Shown here piece by piece: positions 53,100-62,158 of a stretch of DNA of 64,000 bases. The notes under the pieces were generated by a model. It ran no database searches. It was given only the letters and a program-made list of their open reading frames with translations, and was not told the origin of the DNA. Position 1 is the first letter of the stretch. Every line of letters begins with the position of its first letter. This stretch comes from Verrucomicrobiaceae bacterium. GTDB taxonomy: Bacteria; Verrucomicrobiota; Verrucomicrobiia; Verrucomicrobiales; Akkermansiaceae. The stretch spans positions 1,846 through 65,845 of the forward strand of contig JAIXQS010000128.1 of NCBI GenBank assembly GCA_027485615.1, written 5' to 3'. The position numbers were made by a program, and so were the translations under genes.

Positions 53100-53444
53100 T
53101 CAGGCTTCGATGCCTTCGATTTGCTCCAGCTCGTGGATGAATCCCGGGATTTTTTCCGAGATGATGCCCCAGATAACGGTTTCCTCAACGTGATCGTAGG
53201 TGTGGGCCAGGATGTTTCTGAAGCCGATGATGGCCGCCGTATCGGATAGCAGGGAGAGATCGTCCGGGTGCTTGCGCCTGATGCGGACGAGGGCTTCTCC
53301 GATGATTTCGAATTTCCGCTCCACCGCGGAGGCGAGCATGTCGTCCTTTTGGTAGTCTGCGAAGGTTTTGCCGGCGCAGAAGGAGGCGATGGCCCTTGCA
53401 GCCGTCAGCGCATCATAGAAACAGGTGAGGGAAAACTCATTCAT
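53100..53444 (-). CDS. hepT: HepT-like HEPN (DUF86) toxin of a type VII TA pair
   Basis: GFRNILAHTYD carries the Rx4H HEPN motif. 114 aa. Overlaps the upstream nucleotidyltransferase gene by 8 nt. Confidence 0.85.
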   Translation of the reverse strand: MNEFSLTCFYDALTAARAIASFCAGKTFADYQKDDMLASAVERKFEIIGEALVRIRRKHPDDLSLLSDTAAIIGFRNILAHTYDHVEETVIWGIISEKIPGFIHELEQIEGIEA

Positions 53445-53736
53445 GGATGACGGTGAGGTCCCGGGAAATGGATTTTCTGAAATGGGGGTTGCGGATCATG
53501 CCGGGAGTCAGGAGCTGGATCTGCCTGTTGAAACGTTTCCCCGCCTCCTCGATGAAGCCGAAATAGCGGTCTGGCATGGTGGCCGGGGTGGGGGTATCGA
53601 ACTCCGCGAGGAAGTCGATATCGCTGTCCTCACGTTCCTCTCCACGGGAAACGGACCCGAAGACGGAAAGCCGTTTGATGCCGAAGCGCGTGCAAAGGGA
53701 TTTCGCATCGGCCCGGAATTTTTCATCAATGACCAT
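53437..53736 (-). CDS. mntA: MntA-like minimal nucleotidyltransferase antitoxin
   Basis: LSVFGSVSRGEEREDSDIDFLAEF (GSxxRG...DxD NTase motif). 99 aa. Confidence 0.85.
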   Translation of the reverse strand: MVIDEKFRADAKSLCTRFGIKRLSVFGSVSRGEEREDSDIDFLAEFDTPTPATMPDRYFGFIEEAGKRFNRQIQLLTPGMIRNPHFRKSISRDLTVIHE

Positions 53737-53821
53737 ATCCGGATACTAGGGATAGCCGGGAATGCCCGCAACCTGATAGTTTGGAGCCGGAGGGGGCCGG
53801 ATGCCGATCAATCTCCACTGC

Positions 53822-53856
53822 AAACCGCAAGCGGGTGCGTATCCTGCTTGCGGTTT
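53822..53856. other. Perfect 11-bp stem / 13-nt loop hairpin in a divergent intergenic region
   Basis: AAACCGCAAGC-GGGTGCGTATCCT-GCTTGCGGTTT, followed by T. Confidence 0.5.
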
Positions 53857-54035
53857 TCGCATCCCCGGCGGTTGCCGGCGGGTTTCCCCAACCCCCCCCG
53901 CTTAAGAACGCATGCCTCGCAGCCCTCCGGACGCAAGCTTGACACCCCGGTTATCTTCCGAACTCAGAAAGGAAAAAATCTTGGATTCGATTCAACCCTT
54001 CTGGGGTGAATCAATACCAAGTGTTGGGCAATAAA

Positions 54036-54611
54036 ATGAAGATACCTCGAATCGCCGCTAAGTGGATTATTTGGCTATTGGGGATTTCTCTCTGGGGCAT
54101 TCATCCCTTAATCATGATTAGCTACTATGAGGTAACCCAGCGGCTAGGATGGTATCCACCAGAGGCAGATTCGATAGGCATACCAATTATCGGAGAGTTT
54201 GTCGTGGCTGTAGTGGGACTCCCATTTTTCATTATGATGTGCCTACGGGCTGTGAAAAGAATTACGGACAGATTGAATGTTTTAGAGTGGGATACTGAGA
54301 GAGTATGGCGGTCTACCATAGTGACGTTACTTTTTGGATTTTTCGCATTTTTGAGCATGCAGTCGATTTATTTCAGCTTTCGACTCTTGCAGGAGATCAA
54401 GGAGTCTCCGTTTGCAGAGCACCAACTCCCCACTTTTATTCGCATGGCATTATCGGTAGGTTGGATCACATTTTGGCTCTTGATCAGGAGTTGCTTTGCT
54501 ACACCAAAACAAGCCGAACAAAGCGGCACTGGACAACCCGCTACCCGCTCCGAGTCGGATTCGGAGGGTGGCGACAACCCTCAACCTGAATCGGAGGCGC
54601 GCTCTCGGTAG
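54036..54611 (+). CDS. Hypothetical 4-TM membrane protein with an acidic/Ser-rich tail, low-GC
   Basis: ATG 54036 (MKIPRIAAKWIIWLLGISLWG). Four hydrophobic segments. Tail ATRSESDSEGGDNPQPESEARSR. A sample line has ~40% G+C. Confidence 0.6.
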   Translation: MKIPRIAAKWIIWLLGISLWGIHPLIMISYYEVTQRLGWYPPEADSIGIPIIGEFVVAVVGLPFFIMMCLRAVKRITDRLNVLEWDTERVWRSTIVTLLFGFFAFLSMQSIYFSFRLLQEIKESPFAEHQLPTFIRMALSVGWITFWLLIRSCFATPKQAEQSGTGQPATRSESDSEGGDNPQPESEARSR

Positions 54612-54734
54612 CGGGTGCCAGGCCTTTGACGTTACTCTCACAAGCCGCCTAAGTTTCCTGACCTCCTCATGGGAAATGCGGCGGGCCGTCTTGCTCCTTT
54701 ACTTCCCCCGCCCGCTTCCGTTGACTTTGCGGCG

Positions 54735-57206
54735 ATGTCCCACGCCCGTTTTCTCGCACCGCTTTGGGTCGCGCCGTTGCTTATGTTTTCCCTGCACGCG
54801 CAGGAGGAGGGGGGAGGGCAGCTTCTCCCCGAGGGAGCGGTGCCGCCGCCCGTGGACCTGATCCAGCCGGTGCCCGCGCCGGACATCCCCTTCGGCGGCG
54901 TGCCCCTCGGGCCTGCGCTGCCGGAAAACCTGAAGATCACCAACCTGGGCGGCAAGATCGAGGGCAACCTTGAGGAAGGCATCCGCCTCGGCGGCCCGGT
55001 GAAGGTGCAGGGCGACAACGGCCTGGAGGTTTTCGCCGACCGGGCGGACATCGATCTCAAGGGCAAATCCGTCACTTTCCACGGCAATGTCTCCGTTTAC
55101 CAAGGCAACGTGCTCCAGCGCGGCGACCGTGCCGTCTATTTCTACGAAACCGGGACGCTGGATGCCTCCGGCCTGCGGATTTCGATGGATCCCATCCTGC
55201 TGGAGGCGGGGAAATTCAGCGCGGTATCCACCGGCGACAGGACGGTCTTTGTGGGCGAGAACGCGGGCGTAACCGGGCATGATGTGGAGCATCCGAACTA
55301 TTGGGTGCGCTCCGACCGCACCACGGTTTATCCCGGGGATAAGGTCACTTTCAAGAACCTGAAGCTCTACGCGGGCGATACCCCTGTTTTCTGGCTGCCC
55401 TACCTGAGCCAGCCGCTCGATTCGGAGCTCGGCTACCATTTCGTGCCCGGCGCACGGTCAAACTGGGGGCCTTTCCTGCTCAACACTTACGGCATCATGC
55501 TCGGCGGCGAGCGTAACCCGGACACCGGCGAGAACGAGGACGCGTGGCTGCTTTCCCGGTGGCGCTTCGACCTGCGCGCGAGCCGCGGGGTGGCGGTCGG
55601 CCTCGACCTGGTGGACACCCGCGAGGAACACGGTGAGGAGATCTCCGGCCTGAGCCTTTACTACCTGAACGACTTGGACCCGGGGGAAACCCGGACCGGA
55701 ATCCCGCGCTTCGGGGTCACTGAGAACCGCTTCCAGATCCAGCTCAAGGACCGCCAGATACTTGACTTCGAGGACGATGCGGACTGGCGGCTGGACACGA
55801 ACCTCACCTACCTTTCCGACCAATACTACCTGGAGGATTTCGCGCCGGAGATCTACCGCACGAACCCCTCCCCCGACAACACCATCGGGCTCTACCGCCG
55901 CGACGATGAATCGCTGCTGTCGATTTTCGGGCGTTTCCGCGTGAACGATTTCTACCGTGCGGACACGCAGAGTCCCGAGATTGCCTTCGACCAGGCAAGG
56001 CGTCCGTTCTTCGGCCTGCCCCTGCAGCATGAGGGGCAGACTTCCTTTTCCGTCCGTGGTGTCGAAGCGGGCGATTTGATCCGCTCCAGCATCATCACCC
56101 CCCTGCTCGCCCTTCCTGTTGGGGATCCGCAGGTGCCCGGCCTGCTCGCCCAGCTCAACGGATACGAGCGCTCGCTGGTGCAGAACATCCGTGCGCTGCC
56201 GCCCGGCGATCCCCGCATCCCGGCGCTCCGCTCGCAGCTCCTGGACACGGGATTCAACCGTTTCCACAGCAATCATTCCTTCTCCCTGCCATACTCATAT
56301 GGTGATTGGTTCAGCTTCACTCCCCACCTCGGTGCGGCATACGCCCACTATTCCGGCGTCCAAAGCCCGGCGGACTCGGATGCCCGCTTCATGCTCCACG
56401 GCGGCGCGGAGGCGGCGGTGAAATTTTCCAGCGATTACGGCTCGGCGAACGACTCCCTGCCGGGCGTTCGCGGCCTGTTGCACGTCATACAGCCCTACAC
56501 CGCCTGGTCGGTCGTCGCCGTCGATGAACTCGACCGCGATTACCCGAAGATCGACCGGCTCACCTTCACCACCCGCCCGCGGCCGATGCAGACCACGAGT
56601 TTCACCGCCATCGATGAGGTCGAGAGCTGGAACATCCTGCGCTTCGGTGCGCGGAACCACCTCATCACCCGCCGCGACGGACAATCCCATGAGTGGCTGT
56701 TCATGGACACTTACATGGACAAATACATCGATGACCCCGAGGGCGACCGCGAATGGTCCAACCTTTACAACGACATCCGCTGGCAGCCGCTGCCATGGCT
56801 CGGCATCGATCTGGAGACACAGTTCCCGCTCTTAGACAGCGGCTCGGGTTTCTCGGAAATCAATTCCCGCCTCCGTTTCATGCCATGGCAGGACATGGAG
56901 CTCTTCTTCGCCTACCGCCAGCTCAACAACCACCCCGTCCTCCTCGATTCCAACCGCATCGCCCTCGGCACCTACCTCCGCCTCGCGGAAAACTGGGGCA
57001 TCGGCACCCAGCATACATTCGAAATGGACGACGGAACCCTGGAAGTCCAGCAATACACCTTGCACCGCGACTTCGGGAACTGGGTCGCCGGAATGGGCAT
57101 CACCCACCGCGACAACCGCTTCGAGGACGAGTTCGGCGTGATTTTCAGCCTCACGCTGAAAGATTTTCCCTCCGCCTCCTTGCCTTTCAAGCTTGATGCG
57201 GAATAG
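54735..57206 (+). CDS. lptD: LPS-assembly outer-membrane protein LptD (OstA family)
   Basis: Start at ATG 54735 (MSHARFLAPLWVAPLLMFSLHAQ). OstA-like N-domain (VQGDNGLEVFADRADIDLKGKSVTFHGNVSVYQGN), PVFWLPYLSQPL, long beta-barrel C-terminal part. Confidence 0.75.
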   Translation: MSHARFLAPLWVAPLLMFSLHAQEEGGGQLLPEGAVPPPVDLIQPVPAPDIPFGGVPLGPALPENLKITNLGGKIEGNLEEGIRLGGPVKVQGDNGLEVFADRADIDLKGKSVTFHGNVSVYQGNVLQRGDRAVYFYETGTLDASGLRISMDPILLEAGKFSAVSTGDRTVFVGENAGVTGHDVEHPNYWVRSDRTTVYPGDKVTFKNLKLYAGDTPVFWLPYLSQPLDSELGYHFVPGARSNWGPFLLNTYGIMLGGERNPDTGENEDAWLLSRWRFDLRASRGVAVGLDLVDTREEHGEEISGLSLYYLNDLDPGETRTGIPRFGVTENRFQIQLKDRQILDFEDDADWRLDTNLTYLSDQYYLEDFAPEIYRTNPSPDNTIGLYRRDDESLLSIFGRFRVNDFYRADTQSPEIAFDQARRPFFGLPLQHEGQTSFSVRGVEAGDLIRSSIITPLLALPVGDPQVPGLLAQLNGYERSLVQNIRALPPGDPRIPALRSQLLDTGFNRFHSNHSFSLPYSYGDWFSFTPHLGAAYAHYSGVQSPADSDARFMLHGGAEAAVKFSSDYGSANDSLPGVRGLLHVIQPYTAWSVVAVDELDRDYPKIDRLTFTTRPRPMQTTSFTAIDEVESWNILRFGARNHLITRRDGQSHEWLFMDTYMDKYIDDPEGDREWSNLYNDIRWQPLPWLGIDLETQFPLLDSGSGFSEINSRLRFMPWQDMELFFAYRQLNNHPVLLDSNRIALGTYLRLAENWGIGTQHTFEMDDGTLEVQQYTLHRDFGNWVAGMGITHRDNRFEDEFGVIFSLTLKDFPSASLPFKLDAE

Positions 57207-57215
57207 TCCTGCGCC

Positions 57216-57860
57216 ATGACCATGCAGCCGTCCGAACTCCTCGCCGCCCTCCGCTTCCGCTACGCCACCAAGGCCTTCGATGCCGCGCGTAAAATCCCCG
57301 CCGAAATCTGGGACGCCTTTGAGCAATCCCTCGTCCTCACGCCGTCTTCCTTCGGCCTCCAGCCGTGGAAATTCCTGGTGATCGATCATCCGGAAATCCG
57401 CGAAAAACTCAAGGCCGCCTCGTGGGGGCAGGGCCAGGTCACCGATGCCTCCCACCTCGTCGTCCTCACCGCCCGCACCGATCTCGCCCAGGCCGATATC
57501 GACTCATGGATCGCCCGCCTTTCCGAAGTGCAGGGCACGCCGGCCGAGGCGCTGGCGGGACTTTCCGGGATGATCTCCTCCTTCTCCTCCGCCATGACCC
57601 CTGCGGAAAAGCAGGCATGGAACACCCGCCAGGTTTACATCGCGCTCGGCCAGCTCATGACCTCCGCTGCCGTCCTCGGCATCGATTCCTGCCCGCTCGA
57701 AGGCATTTCCCCCGCCGATTACGACACCATCCTCGGACTCCCCGGCACCGGCTACGCCACCGCCGTCGCCTGCGCCCTCGGCTACCGCTCTGCGGAGGAC
57801 AAATACGCCGTGGCTCCGAAGGCGCGTTTCGAAGCGGAAAAGGTCATCGCGCGTATCTGA
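57216..57860 (+). CDS. NAD(P)H nitroreductase family protein
   Basis: LRFRYATKAFD...LVLTPSSFGLQPWKFLVI...GIDSCPLEG. Confidence 0.9.
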   Translation: MTMQPSELLAALRFRYATKAFDAARKIPAEIWDAFEQSLVLTPSSFGLQPWKFLVIDHPEIREKLKAASWGQGQVTDASHLVVLTARTDLAQADIDSWIARLSEVQGTPAEALAGLSGMISSFSSAMTPAEKQAWNTRQVYIALGQLMTSAAVLGIDSCPLEGISPADYDTILGLPGTGYATAVACALGYRSAEDKYAVAPKARFEAEKVIARI

Positions 57861-57866
57861 GGCCGT

Positions 57867-58457
57867 TCACTTCCCGAACACCGCCACCCAGCGATCCACG
57901 CTTTTCCCCTCCGCGTCCTGCAGCGGGCGTGATTTGGCGTGGCGGACGTTCGCCAGCAGTTTCGCGCCGCGCGCCCTCATGCTTGCGAGCATGAGCTCGT
58001 GCTCGAGATCGAAGTACGACGTGCATACGAGATGGCCGCCGTCCTTCAGCGCGGCCAGCGCCTCCTCCAGGATGCCCTCCCACACCAGCGGCTCGTGCCA
58101 GTAGTTCTGGTGGCGGATGAAGACCATGTCGAACTCCGGCAAGCCCTCCATCCGGCCTATCACTGCGGCGTTGCCCGCGCGGAAATGGATTTCCCCGTCC
58201 GGCAGTTCCCAGCGTTTCGCCGCCTCCTCGATCGCATCGGCCCGAAGATCCATGCCGAGGTAAAATCCGATCTCGGCCGGTGCCAGCGCTGCAGCCAGCG
58301 CGCCCGTCTCATCCGCCCGCCCGCAAGCAAGGTTCAGCACCGCGTGTTTCCCTGAAAACCGCAGCCCGGCGAGCGAGAACACCTCTCCCAGCAACACCCG
58401 CAGCCGCTTGATGTCGCCGTCGGTGCCTTGGTGGGAAAAGGGCAGTCGCTGGATCAT
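57867..58457 (-). CDS. Class I SAM-dependent methyltransferase
   Basis: Motif I-like VLNLACGRADETG. Start chosen at ATG 58457 (MIQRLPF); ATG 58496 is an alternative. The longer ORF to 58691 would overlap the cco leader. Confidence 0.7.
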   Translation of the reverse strand: MIQRLPFSHQGTDGDIKRLRVLLGEVFSLAGLRFSGKHAVLNLACGRADETGALAAALAPAEIGFYLGMDLRADAIEEAAKRWELPDGEIHFRAGNAAVIGRMEGLPEFDMVFIRHQNYWHEPLVWEGILEEALAALKDGGHLVCTSYFDLEHELMLASMRARGAKLLANVRHAKSRPLQDAEGKSVDRWVAVFGK

Positions 58458-58583
58458 TCGGTGCCAAAACTCTCCGCCTTCCCCCCCGCGCGCCATCCGA
58501 AAATACGCCCTTTGCGCGGAATACGCGCAGTCAAACGCAAGCCGTGCGATGCGCGATTCGCGGCGGCCTGCTCCAATGATGCC

Positions 58584-58742
58584 GTGAACGTGCTCGCCGT
58601 GACCATCCTCGTCAGCTCCTGCCTCGCGGCGATTTTCGTCGTGTGCTTCGCCGTCGAATCGCGCCGCGCCCGCCGCTCCTCGCTGGAGCACGACTCCCTC
58701 ATCCCCTTCGACCCGCCTTCGCCGAAACTTCCCAAACCATGA
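58584..58742 (+). CDS. CcoS-like micro-protein (52 aa), candidate cbb3 oxidase maturation factor
   Basis: GTG start. Single TM VLAVTILVSSCLAAIFVVCFAV followed by a charged tail. Its TGA overlaps the ccoNO ATG (ATGA). The canonical GQ(F/Y)DD motif is not evident. Confidence 0.4.
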   Translation: MNVLAVTILVSSCLAAIFVVCFAVESRRARRSSLEHDSLIPFDPPSPKLPKP

Positions 58743-61234
58743 CCTCGCAAATTACCTACGACGACAAGACCGTCCGCCGCTTCATGTCCGCCTCCATCAT
58801 CTGGGGGATCGTCGGCATGATTGTCGGCGTGCTCGCCGCCACCCAGCTCTCGTGGTGGCAGATGAACGGGAAATTTCTCGAAGCGATCACCTTCGGCCTC
58901 TTCAAGGGCGAGGGGCTTTCCTACATCACCTTCGGCCGCATCCGCCCGCTCCACACGAACGCGGTGATCTTCGCCTTCGTCGGGAACATGGTTTTCGCGG
59001 GCGTCTATTATTCCACCCAGCGGCTGTGCAAATGCCGCACGGCATCGGATCTGCTCTCCGCGATCCATTTCTGGGGCTGGCAGCTCATCATCGTATCCGC
59101 CGCCATCACCCTTCCCATCGGCCTCACCCGCAGCAAGGAATACGCCGAGCTCATCTGGCCCATCAACATCGCCGTCGTCGTCATCTGGATCGTCTTCGGA
59201 GCCAACTTTTTCTGGACCCTCGCGAAACGAAACGAGAAATCCCTCTACGTCTCCCTGTGGTTCTACATCGCGACGATCGTCACCATCGCGCTCCTCTACG
59301 TAGTTAACCACCTCTCCATCCCCACCTCGCTCACCCATTCCTACCCGCTCTTCGGCGGTGTGCAGGATGCGCTGGTGCAGTGGTGGTACGGCCACAACGC
59401 CGTCGCGTTCTTCCTGACCACCCCGATCCTCGGGATCATGTATTATTTCATCCCGAAAGCGGCGGAGCGCCCGGTGTATTCCTACCGCCTCTCGATCATC
59501 CACTTCTGGGCGCTGGTCTTCATCTACATCTGGGCCGGCCCCCACCACCTTCTCAACACCGCCCTGCCGCACTGGCTTCAGATCCTCGGCATGCTGTTCT
59601 CGCTGATGCTCTGGGCGCCATCCTGGGCCGGCATGCTCAACGGCCTGCTCACCCTCCGCGGCGCATGGGACAAGCTCCGCACCGACCCCGTCATCAAGTT
59701 CTTCGCCGTCGCCGTCACCTTCTACGGCATGGCCACCTTCGAGGGGCCGCTGCTTTCCATCCGCGCGGTGAATTCGCTTTCCCACTACACCGACTGGACG
59801 GTCGGCCACGTCCACTCCGGCGCCCTCGGCTGGAACGGTTTCATGGCCGCCGGCATGTTCTACTGGCTCGCCCCGCGCCTTTGGAAAACCAAGCTCTGGT
59901 CCACCTCGTTGGCAAACTTTCACTTCTGGATCGGCCTCGTCGGCATCCTGCTTTACGTCGCCTCCATGTGGGTCGCTGGCGTCACCCAAGGACTCATGCT
60001 CGCGGAAACGAACACCGGCGGAGCCACCCTGAAATACGAGTTCGTCGAGACCCTGCGCCAGATCAACGCCCTCTACATCATCCGCTCGATCGGCGGCACC
60101 TTCTACCTCGTCGGCTTCCTGCTCTGCGCCTTCAACATCTTCATGACCGCACGCAGCGGCAAGGCGGTCGATGACACCTGCGAGGTCACGCTTCTTGAGA
60201 AAACGAAAAAGGACACCATGTCCCTCGGCGAGTCCCTGCGCCAGGATCCCGTGATCTACGCCGTGCTCGCCGTGGCTTTCATGATCCTCTGGTTCCTCCT
60301 GCCGCACCATGCGGACAAGGCCGCGCTCGCCGTCACGCTCATCCTCATCGCCAAGGCCGTCTCCCTTTTCAAAAAGGACAGCCGGACGTGGTCGCAGTAT
60401 TTCGACAGGCTTTTGGAAAACTACCTGCCCTTCACCGTCCTGATCTTCTTCGCCGTCGCGATCGGTGGGGTGGTGCAGATCATCCCCTCGCTGCTTGTCA
60501 ACAAGTCCGCGAACATGGAGGAGCGCCTCCAGATCCCCTACACCCCGCTGGAGCTGGAGGGACGCGACATATTTGTTTCCGAAGGTTGCTACAACTGCCA
60601 CTCGCAGATGATCCGCACCCTCGTCCCCGATGTGATGCGCTACGGCCCGACCCCGGAGCAGGGTTACAGCCGCATGGGCGAGTCGCTCTATGATTTCCCC
60701 CACCAATGGGGTTCCAAACGCACCGGCCCGGATCTCGCCCGCGAGGGCGGCGCGCTCGTAGCCGGATCGCAAACCATGCGATCCGGGCGTCGCGACAACC
60801 TCTGGCACTTCAACCACTTCTGGGATCCGCGCCAGACCTCGCCCGGCTCGAACATGCCGCCCTATCCCTTCCTTTACGACACCAAGGCCGATTTCAAAAC
60901 CCTGCCCAAGCGCATCGCCACCATGACTTTCCTCGGCGTGCCGTATCCGAAAATGAGCAAGGACGCCATCGAGCAGAGCGCCCGCGACCAGGCCATGGAA
61001 ATCTCCGCCGCCCTTGTGAAAGCCGGTGCCTTCATCCCCAATAAAACCGAGCTCACGGAAACGGAACTCATGCGCCAACTCGCCGAGTCCAAGGTCGTCG
61101 CCCTCATCGCCTACATGCAGAAGGTCGGCTCCTACGAAGCCCTCGATCACGAGCGCAAACCCTCCGCCCTCGACCCCGATACCATCCGCGATGCGGGCAC
61201 GAAACCCGCCCCGGCAACAACGTCTAACAAATAA
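58739..61234 (+). CDS. ccoNO: cbb3-type cytochrome c oxidase, fused subunits I and II (CcoN-CcoO)
   Basis: CcoN blocks HNAVAFFLTTPILGIMYYFIPK, WAGPHHL and HYTDWTVGHVHSGALGW. C-terminal CcoO part has LELEGRDIFVSEGCYNCHSQMIR in the same frame. Confidence 0.92.
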   Translation: MTSQITYDDKTVRRFMSASIIWGIVGMIVGVLAATQLSWWQMNGKFLEAITFGLFKGEGLSYITFGRIRPLHTNAVIFAFVGNMVFAGVYYSTQRLCKCRTASDLLSAIHFWGWQLIIVSAAITLPIGLTRSKEYAELIWPINIAVVVIWIVFGANFFWTLAKRNEKSLYVSLWFYIATIVTIALLYVVNHLSIPTSLTHSYPLFGGVQDALVQWWYGHNAVAFFLTTPILGIMYYFIPKAAERPVYSYRLSIIHFWALVFIYIWAGPHHLLNTALPHWLQILGMLFSLMLWAPSWAGMLNGLLTLRGAWDKLRTDPVIKFFAVAVTFYGMATFEGPLLSIRAVNSLSHYTDWTVGHVHSGALGWNGFMAAGMFYWLAPRLWKTKLWSTSLANFHFWIGLVGILLYVASMWVAGVTQGLMLAETNTGGATLKYEFVETLRQINALYIIRSIGGTFYLVGFLLCAFNIFMTARSGKAVDDTCEVTLLEKTKKDTMSLGESLRQDPVIYAVLAVAFMILWFLLPHHADKAALAVTLILIAKAVSLFKKDSRTWSQYFDRLLENYLPFTVLIFFAVAIGGVVQIIPSLLVNKSANMEERLQIPYTPLELEGRDIFVSEGCYNCHSQMIRTLVPDVMRYGPTPEQGYSRMGESLYDFPHQWGSKRTGPDLAREGGALVAGSQTMRSGRRDNLWHFNHFWDPRQTSPGSNMPPYPFLYDTKADFKTLPKRIATMTFLGVPYPKMSKDAIEQSARDQAMEISAALVKAGAFIPNKTELTETELMRQLAESKVVALIAYMQKVGSYEALDHERKPSALDPDTIRDAGTKPAPATTSNK

Positions 61235-61253
61235 CCCCTGGCTTTTTCCCGCC

Positions 61254-61421
61254 ATGCTCAAAAGAATCATCATGGAAGACTGGGCGCTCATCGTTCCCAT
61301 CGTTTCCTTCGCCGTCACCGCCACCGTGTTCCTCACCGCCACGATCCGCGCACTCACCCTTTCCAAGGCACGCCGCGAAGAGCTCGCCGACATACCCTTC
61401 GGGGAAAATTCCAAACCCTAA
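61254..61421 (+). CDS. Small single-TM protein in the CcoQ position
   Basis: MLKRIIMEDWALIVPIVSFAVTATVFLTATIRAL... (55 aa) between ccoNO and ccoP. Confidence 0.55.
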   Translation: MLKRIIMEDWALIVPIVSFAVTATVFLTATIRALTLSKARREELADIPFGENSKP

Positions 61422-61512
61422 ATCTTAAACTCTAACAAAAGCGCAACCTAAGCTTCGCGTGTCCTCTGTGCACTTTGCGGCTCTGCGTTGAAATCCCTCA
61501 CATTATCCAGTT

Positions 61513-62148
61513 ATGTCAGAAGAACCAGAAATCCGCCCAGGCCAGTATGCCCAGAAGAAAGGCGAAGTCGTCCTCCGAGAGCACGTCTACGACGGCATCC
61601 AGGAATACGACCAGACCCTGCCCAACTGGTGGCTGTTCATCTTCTTTGGCGCACTGCTGTTCTTCTTCGGTTATTGGATCGCCTACTACCAGTTCGGATG
61701 GACCAAGACCGACGCACACCGCATCGATCAGGCGATGGCCGTCATCGCCGAGGCCAAATCCAAGGCGCTGGAGGAAATGCTCGCCAAGCTCAACGATGAA
61801 GCCCTCGTCAACGAGTGGGCCGCCGATCCAGCCATCGTCGCCAACGGCGAAACGACCTACATGGCGAACTGCGTCGCCTGCCACGGCCAGGATCTCGCCG
61901 CGAAGTTCGATATCGGCGGAGGCCAGTCCGTCCCGCTCCCCGGCCGCTCCCTGACCGATGGCCAGTGGGAATACGGCTCCAAGCCCATGGATATCTTCCG
62001 CATCATCAACGAGGGCACGCCCGCTGGCATGCCCGGCCACAACGGCGCGAAAATGGAGGCATGGGGCCAGAAAATCCCGCCCATCCAGGTCGCCGAACTC
62101 ACCGCTTTCCTCATCTCCCGCAATTTCGCGGAATTCAACAAACTATAG
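61513..62148 (+). CDS. ccoP: cbb3-type cytochrome c oxidase subunit III (CcoP), single heme motif
   Basis: N-terminal HVYDGIQEYDQTLPNWWLFIFFGALLFF (CcoP N-domain). Only one CxxCH (NCVACHG) in 211 aa. Confidence 0.85.
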   Translation: MSEEPEIRPGQYAQKKGEVVLREHVYDGIQEYDQTLPNWWLFIFFGALLFFFGYWIAYYQFGWTKTDAHRIDQAMAVIAEAKSKALEEMLAKLNDEALVNEWAADPAIVANGETTYMANCVACHGQDLAAKFDIGGGQSVPLPGRSLTDGQWEYGSKPMDIFRIINEGTPAGMPGHNGAKMEAWGQKIPPIQVAELTAFLISRNFAEFNKL

Positions 62149-62158
62149 CAACACGAAC

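Noticed and set aside
52982-53188. 68-aa minus ORF overlapping and extending past the hepT 3' end (…YPLDLEELGALGAVLGSPVSLEGNLIHWKG)
   Set aside because: It overlaps hepT in another frame, and I recognise no motif. It could be a gene relic, but I cannot support it.
53975-54000. GGATTCGATTCAACCC examined as a possible tRNA T-arm at the islet border
   Set aside because: There is no acceptor stem, D-arm or anticodon arm around it, and it does not match GGTTCGAATCC. No tRNA was found anywhere in the window.
58454-61414. 986-aa minus-strand ORF antisense to ccoNO
   Set aside because: The plus strand encodes unmistakable CcoN/CcoO motifs. The antisense product is Gly/Arg/Asp/Glu-rich with no motifs.
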